Both the position numbers and the translations under genes were made by a program. A DNA stretch of 50,104 bases, taken from positions 1 to 50,104 of the forward strand of contig JAYTDO010000256.1 in assembly GCA_043735935.1 (NCBI GenBank), in the 5' to 3' direction. Below are positions 45,231 through 50,104 of this stretch, piece after piece. The DNA comes from Chthoniobacteraceae bacterium (lineage in GTDB: Bacteria > Verrucomicrobiota > Verrucomicrobiia > Chthoniobacterales > Chthoniobacteraceae). Within the stretch, counting starts at the first letter, position 1, and each line of letters begins with the position of its first letter. The notes beneath the pieces are model-generated. The model did no database searches. It was not told where the DNA came from and worked only from the letters and a program-made list of their open reading frames with translations.

Positions 45231-45917
45231 ATGAAATGTCTCGTTGCTGACGATGACCCGCTCGTTTGTGCGACCGTGGAAGAATACCTCAGTCGCATCG
45301 ACGATGTGGAGTTTTGCGTTCACGCAAACGACGGATTGACCGCGCTAAACCTGCTGACCACGGGAGGGTTCGATCTCGTCTTTCTCGACCTGCAGATGCC
45401 CGGCCTTGATGGAAAGTCGCTTCTTCAGGCGCTGCCCCGCAGCATTCCCGTCGTGATCGTCAGCGCCAGCGAGGACTTTGGCGCGCAGTCCTACGAATTC
45501 GACGTCGTCGATTATCTCGTCAAACCGATCGGGTTCGCGCGGTTTTTCCAGGCGGTGCAGAAGGTCCGCGACCGCAGAAACCGCACGGGCATTGCAGGTC
45601 CAAAGTCGAACGAGGTTTTCGTGAAGGAAGGAACCCGCATTTTGAAAGTCGCTCTCGATACCGTGCTTTATATCAAAGCCGAAGCGAGCTACGTCGAATT
45701 CGTTACCGACACCAAGTCGTTCCTCAGCTTGATGAGCATGAAGAAGCTCGAAGAGCTCTTGCCTGCCGATTTCGTCCGTGTCCATCGGTCGTTCATCGTT
45801 CCAAAGAGCAGGATCACGAAGATTGAAGACGGCCAGGTCGTTGTCGGCCAACATCGGATTCCGATCAGCCAGTCCTATCGCGACGAGTTGATGAGACGCC
45901 TGAACATCCTCGGCTAA
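45231..45917 (+). CDS. LytR/AlgR-family response regulator (REC plus LytTR DNA-binding domain)
   Basis: I prefer the ATG at 45231 (MKCLVADDDPLV...). REC strings are LVFLDLQMPGLDG and YLVKP. The LytTR part is ...ILKVALDTVLYIKAEASYVEFVT...FVRVHRSFIV. Confidence 0.9.
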   Translation: MKCLVADDDPLVCATVEEYLSRIDDVEFCVHANDGLTALNLLTTGGFDLVFLDLQMPGLDGKSLLQALPRSIPVVIVSASEDFGAQSYEFDVVDYLVKPIGFARFFQAVQKVRDRRNRTGIAGPKSNEVFVKEGTRILKVALDTVLYIKAEASYVEFVTDTKSFLSLMSMKKLEELLPADFVRVHRSFIVPKSRITKIEDGQVVVGQHRIPISQSYRDELMRRLNILG

Positions 45918-46015
45918 GGCGGGTTTCGTCGGGGAAATCCGAGGTTTCGTAGATAGTTTTCGGCCATTCGTGGATGCTCGCTTCCTCGCGAGTGAGAGGT
46001 CCGTAGACGTGAGAC

Positions 46016-47497
46016 ATGAAAGTCTCCCCGACATCCCTCCTACTCCTCTGCGCCCTGCGCGTCGCCGCGCTGGCCGCCAACACCGACAATCTGCACGGCG
46101 TGGCACTGCCCGAAGACCAGCAAAACATCGCCTACCGGTGGCTGGACATCGCGCAGGAAGCGACGGCCCTCGATATCGATCGGGTCGGAGCGCGACCGAC
46201 CATCATCTCACGCGCGCACGCCATTTGGGCGACGAGCATGTATGACGCTTGGGCCGCCTACGACAGCAAGGCGACCGGCACCCGCCTCGGAACGACGCTC
46301 CGCCGCCCGGCGAACGAGCGCACGCTCGAAAACAAAAACAAGGCGATCAGCTACGCGTCGTATCGCGCGCTCCTCGACCTGTATCCGGCGGATAAGTCTT
46401 TCCTAGATGGCGAGATGAAGAAGCTCGGATACGACACAACGGACCGTTCCACCGATCCGGCGACCGCGCAGGGGATCGGCAATCTCGCCGCGCAGGCAGT
46501 CATCACGTATCGCCACCACGACGGCGCAAACCAACTCGGCGACGAAGCGGGTGGGGACGGCAAGTCTTACGGCGACTACACCTTCTACCGATGTAAGAAC
46601 ACCGCGGAACATTGCATCGATCCCGACGCGTGGCAGCCGATCACCTTCACCAAACCCGACGGGACCAAGATCACGCCGGGCTTTCTCACTCCGCAATGGT
46701 ACCGGGTGAAACCCTTCGCCATCGACTCCGCCGCGCAATTCCGTCCACCGCCACCGCCGACCACACAGCACGATGGCGAACTTTTGAAAAGTCAGGTCGA
46801 TCAAGTGCTCGCCTACAATGCGCACCTGACGCCGGATCAAAAGGCGGTCGTTGAATTCATGCGCGACGGCCCACGCTCCACCGCCCAGTCCGGCCACTGG
46901 CTGCGTTTCGCGCAAGACGTATCGCGTCGCGATCACCACGGCGTCGATGAGGATGTGAAGCTGTTTTTTGTCGTATCGAATACCGCCTTTGACGCGTTCA
47001 TCTCGTGTTGGGAGACGAAGAGATTCTACGACTCCTCGCGTCCATGGACATTGATCCACCACTACTACGCCGGAAAAACGATCACGGGTTGGGCCGGGCC
47101 CGACGGCGGGACAAGGCAGTTGCCCGCCGAGGAATGGCGCCCCTACTCGCCCGAGCTCTTCATCACTCCGCCATTCCCCGGCTACACTTCCGGCCACGCA
47201 ACCGTCAGCGGCGCATGCGCGAAGATCCTCGAACATTTCACCGGAAGCGATCGATTCGGTTTCAAGGCGCTGCGCCGATGCTGTGAACTGACCGAAAGGA
47301 AGCCCGGAGACGAACTCGCCCTCGAACTGCCAACGTTCTCAGGCACAGCAGAAATGGCCGCGCTCTCTCGCGCCATGGGCGGTTATCACATCCCGATCGA
47401 TAACGACGTCGGACTCAAAGTCGGTCGCGAACTGGCAACGTGGAGTTGGCCGCACTATCAGGCCTTTTTCGACGGCACCGCTTCTGTGCGGCCGTGA
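46016..47497 (+). CDS. Secreted PAP2-superfamily protein, vanadium-dependent haloperoxidase / acid-phosphatase-like
   Basis: Signal peptide MKVSPTSLLLLCALRVAALAA. The three PAP2/V-HPO motifs are present in order: KRFYDSSRP (Kx6RP), PGYTSGHA (PSGH-like) and SRAMGGYHIPIDND (SRx5Hx3D). Confidence 0.75.
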   Translation: MKVSPTSLLLLCALRVAALAANTDNLHGVALPEDQQNIAYRWLDIAQEATALDIDRVGARPTIISRAHAIWATSMYDAWAAYDSKATGTRLGTTLRRPANERTLENKNKAISYASYRALLDLYPADKSFLDGEMKKLGYDTTDRSTDPATAQGIGNLAAQAVITYRHHDGANQLGDEAGGDGKSYGDYTFYRCKNTAEHCIDPDAWQPITFTKPDGTKITPGFLTPQWYRVKPFAIDSAAQFRPPPPPTTQHDGELLKSQVDQVLAYNAHLTPDQKAVVEFMRDGPRSTAQSGHWLRFAQDVSRRDHHGVDEDVKLFFVVSNTAFDAFISCWETKRFYDSSRPWTLIHHYYAGKTITGWAGPDGGTRQLPAEEWRPYSPELFITPPFPGYTSGHATVSGACAKILEHFTGSDRFGFKALRRCCELTERKPGDELALELPTFSGTAEMAALSRAMGGYHIPIDNDVGLKVGRELATWSWPHYQAFFDGTASVRP

Positions 47498-47567
47498 TTC
47501 CGGGCCTCCACCTTCGACACCCCTGCCACTGCTTCATTCTTCCGGGGCACTCATCGCGAGTGCAGTT

Positions 47568-48070
47568 TTGATCGCTCAAGGGACGGCGTCTCTCGCATGC
47601 ACCGATTCTGGCGCGCGCTTCCATCCGGCTTCGACCGCAAAGGCAGAACCGAATCCACTGAGTTTTCTCGACGGCCAAATCGTCTTCGATGTTTGGGAAC
47701 GTTTCCGACGGTAGCTTCGCGACAACGATTTCGACTTCGACAGCCGCACGAATGTGCCCAGGGACGACAATTGGTTTCTCCAGCGATTCCGCCTTGGCGT
47801 GACGATTCGTCCCGCCGACTGGCTCAAGGTCTACGGGCAGTTTCAGGACTCGAGTGAAATCGACTCGGATCGCGCAGACATCCCCGGCCTCTTCGGCGCC
47901 GAAGGCGACGACTCGTTCGATTTGCGACAAGGCTTCATCGAGTTCGGAAATGCTGCCCGTTTTCCGCTCACAGTTCGAATCGGCAGGCAGGTTCTCGAAT
48001 ACGGCGAGGGCCGACTGGTCCCTGGACGCGTTTCATCGAGCGTCGTCGTTTTCGATCGCGGCGCGTATAC
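47568..48070 (+). pseudogene. Decayed and truncated alginate-export-family (AlgE-like) outer-membrane porin gene
   Basis: One frame reads ...PNPLSFLDGQIVFDVWERFRR, then a TAG at 47712-47714, then LRDNDFDFDSRTNVPRDDNWFLQRFRLGVTIRPADWLKVYGQFQDSSEIDSDRADIPGLFGAEGDDSFDLRQGFIEFGN..FPLTVRIGRQVLEYGEGRLV. This resembles the N-terminal ~150 aa of alginate-export porins. There is no ATG start. Barrel-like sequence ends about 48.0-48.07 kb, whereas more than 400 aa would be expected. Confidence 0.5.
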
Positions 48071-48123
48071 CCCTAGACCGCGAGCACGTTCCAGGTCGTC
48101 CAGGAGGGGCGTTCGTCGAGCGT

Positions 48124-50104
48124 TCAAACCGACCCGCATGCACGCTCAGCCAGATCGCGCGCCGCGGCTTCCAGAAGCGCCAGACAGCGCTCTCTCACGG
48201 TCGTATCGCCTTCCTCGGCAGCGGCCAGCAGGGCACTCAGTTCCGTGAGCTTTAACAGATCGAGAGCCGTGTGCGCTTTGTGCCGGACGCGTCGGATCGT
48301 TTCAAAATCGTTGGCTTCAAACGCCGCCGCGATGTCCCGCCGGTAATACCGAAACTCCTCCGCAAGCATCCCGTACAAGGCTTGGCGCCGATCGGGTTCG
48401 CGAAACGTGGTCTCCAGCCCGACCACCGAAACCGAACCCGCGCAGCCGAACGCACGCGCTAATTCGTCGAAAAGGCGGCGTGGCTCGATGGGTTTTAAGA
48501 CGACCCCCATCATGCCCGCGCTGCGGCACGCCTCTGCCGCCGAAGTGGCCGCCTGCGCCGTCACCGCAATGATCGGCATGGTCGGATGCAAAGCGCGGAT
48601 TTTAGGCGTTAGGTCCAGGCCGCTCGTGTCCGGCAATTGAAGATCGAGCAAGACCGCATCGAAAGCCTCGGCACCGAGCCGCGCCAACGCTTCCGCGCCG
48701 CTCCCAGCCATCGAGATCACGATGCCCGTGCCGTCAAGCGTGTCCTGCATCACTTCCTGATTCGACGCGACATCTTCGATGTACAAGACGCGTTTATCGA
48801 CGAATCGAGGCACTTCATCCGGCACTTCAGACGACGAGGCGGCTTCTGCCGCGGGCTGAAAATGCATTGTTACTTTGAAGCAAGAGCCCTTGCCCTCCTC
48901 GCTTTCCACTTCCAATCGTCCGCCCTGCCGCACGACCAGCGCACGCGCAATGCTCAATCCCAATCCCGCGCCGTCGAACCGCCGCGAGTCCACTCCGCGG
49001 ACCTGTTCGAACGGGGCGAAGATGCGCTCGGCATGCTCCGGGTCGATGCCGATGCCGGTGTCCACAATTCGGAATTCGATCTCGTTCCCGGCACCGCCGT
49101 CGACTTCGACTCGCACGCTCCCACGGTCCGTAAATTTCACCGCGTTGCTGACGAGATTATTCAGGATTTGGGCGAGTCGCACGGCATCGCCGCGGACTCT
49201 CGTGGGAAGGCGCGTCGCGGCGGCGATTTCGAGCGAGAGTCCCTTTTGCCACGCGAGCGGCTGGTGGGTCATGGCGATCTCGGCGAGGAGGTCGGGCAAT
49301 GAAAAATCGACGCTGTCGAATTCGATGCGCCCCACTTTCAGTTTTGTAAAATCGAGAGCGTCGTTCAGCAGAGACATCAGGTTTCGCGCGGCGACGCGCA
49401 ACGCCTTCAGCAGTGGCTCCTGGTGCGGCGCGGGCCGGTTTCTTTCGAGCGCACGGATGATCCCGATTACCGAGTTCATCGGCGTCCGTATTTCGTGGCT
49501 CATGACCGCGAGAAACTCCTCTTTCGCGCGGGTCGCTTCCTCCGCCTCACGGCGCGCGGCTTCGAGGCTCAGCACTTGCGCGCGCACTTTCTCCGCCATT
49601 TCGCCAAACTTCGCCGCGAGCACATGCACTTCGTCATCGCCGGGCGGCAAGGACAGTGTCACCGATGCCCCGGGCTCAAAACGCGCGATGGCTTCGGTGA
49701 CGCGGTGGAGGCGCAAAGCGGTGGGCCGCGCCACGAGCACTAGAAGAATAATTGCGCCGAACGCGACAAGGCCGGTCACGCGCACGGCTTGATTCCGAAT
49801 CCGTCGCAATTCATCGAGGATCACCGCCGCGGATAAGGAGACGTTGACGAAGACGTCTCGCGAGTTTCCCGGCGCGATCGCACCGCGGACGCAGTATCGC
49901 AATTCGCCGTCGTCGACGGTGCGGAGCCAGGCGACCTCGCCGCGAGCGAGTTTTTCCGCCTTCGGAAAGTCTCGAAGAAAGTTGAATCCCGACCCGAGGT
50001 CGCTGCCGAAGTTTCGCGAAGGATCGGGATTCACCAAATAGTCGCCGCGTTCGTTCGCCAATGTCAGCGAGGATCCCCGGCTTGCCGGCGTGTCGATCTC
50101 CGCA
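48124..50104 (-). CDS. Hybrid sensor histidine kinase (sensor, TM, HisKA, HATPase_c, REC, Hpt-like); probably partial, with the 5' end beyond the window
   Basis: H-box [22 protein letters not shown] boxes (NLVSNAVKFT, DTGIGI, GAGLGLSIA), a receiver (VLLDLQLPDTSG) and a C-terminal Hpt-like helix (RRVRHKAHTALDLL). The frame stays open from the track TTG at 50061 to the window edge. Confidence 0.85.
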   Translation of the reverse strand, partial: AEIDTPASRGSSLTLANERGDYLVNPDPSRNFGSDLGSGFNFLRDFPKAEKLARGEVAWLRTVDDGELRYCVRGAIAPGNSRDVFVNVSLSAAVILDELRRIRNQAVRVTGLVAFGAIILLVLVARPTALRLHRVTEAIARFEPGASVTLSLPPGDDEVHVLAAKFGEMAEKVRAQVLSLEAARREAEEATRAKEEFLAVMSHEIRTPMNSVIGIIRALERNRPAPHQEPLLKALRVAARNLMSLLNDALDFTKLKVGRIEFDSVDFSLPDLLAEIAMTHQPLAWQKGLSLEIAAATRLPTRVRGDAVRLAQILNNLVSNAVKFTDRGSVRVEVDGGAGNEIEFRIVDTGIGIDPEHAERIFAPFEQVRGVDSRRFDGAGLGLSIARALVVRQGGRLEVESEEGKGSCFKVTMHFQPAAEAASSSEVPDEVPRFVDKRVLYIEDVASNQEVMQDTLDGTGIVISMAGSGAEALARLGAEAFDAVLLDLQLPDTSGLDLTPKIRALHPTMPIIAVTAQAATSAAEACRSAGMMGVVLKPIEPRRLFDELARAFGCAGSVSVVGLETTFREPDRRQALYGMLAEEFRYYRRDIAAAFEANDFETIRRVRHKAHTALDLLKLTELSALLAAAEEGDTTVRERCLALLEAAARDLAERACGSV

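Noticed and set aside
1-50104. Scan for CRISPR arrays, tRNA/rRNA genes, IS elements, integrases, toxin-antitoxin pairs or known defence-system genes
   Set aside because: I saw no regularly spaced repeats, no cloverleaf-like sequence in the few intergenic gaps, and no transposase, integrase or recombinase motif in any frame. The window looks like core chromosome rather than an accessory island.

Overview
High-GC bacterial chromosomal segment (about 60-65% GC by eye, not computed). It is densely packed with about 45 genes, most on the minus strand. Many are joined by ATGA, TGATG or TTGA stop/start overlaps, which implies long translationally coupled operons. Gene content, including a GFTLIELLVV prepilin-like protein, an alginate-export-type porin remnant and a kexin-like S8 protease with Calx-beta repeats, suggests a Verrucomicrobiota/PVC-type genome; this is inference only. 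Most of the window is ordinary core metabolism: xseA, glcD/glcF, pyrF, ugd, rlmN, lgt, mtnP, an ABC-F ATPase, a D-Ala-D-Ala carboxypeptidase and cbiX. Signalling genes include two large hybrid histidine kinases, an NtrC-type activator and a LytTR regulator. I recognised no rRNA, tRNA, CRISPR array, transposase, integrase or phage genes, and I see no clear accessory island or defence system. The points most worth a second look are: (1) an unannotated SAM-I riboswitch driving a ThrC-like / MoaD-like / NIL-domain trio, a probable protein-thiocarboxylate route to homocysteine; (2) an operon of three small multi-pass membrane proteins, a radical-SAM enzyme and lgt, where the enzyme's architecture recalls the archaeal tetraether-lipid synthase family (Tes / GDGT-MAS, MJ0619); (3) a translationally coupled RnfD/NqrB-like membrane protein plus a secreted DUF2330 protein; (4) a membrane-anchored dynamin-like GTPase; (5) a response regulator with a conserved Cys4 C-terminal module; (6) a decayed porin gene in the only sizeable non-coding gap. 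All family assignments come from reading motifs in the supplied translations. No database search was run.
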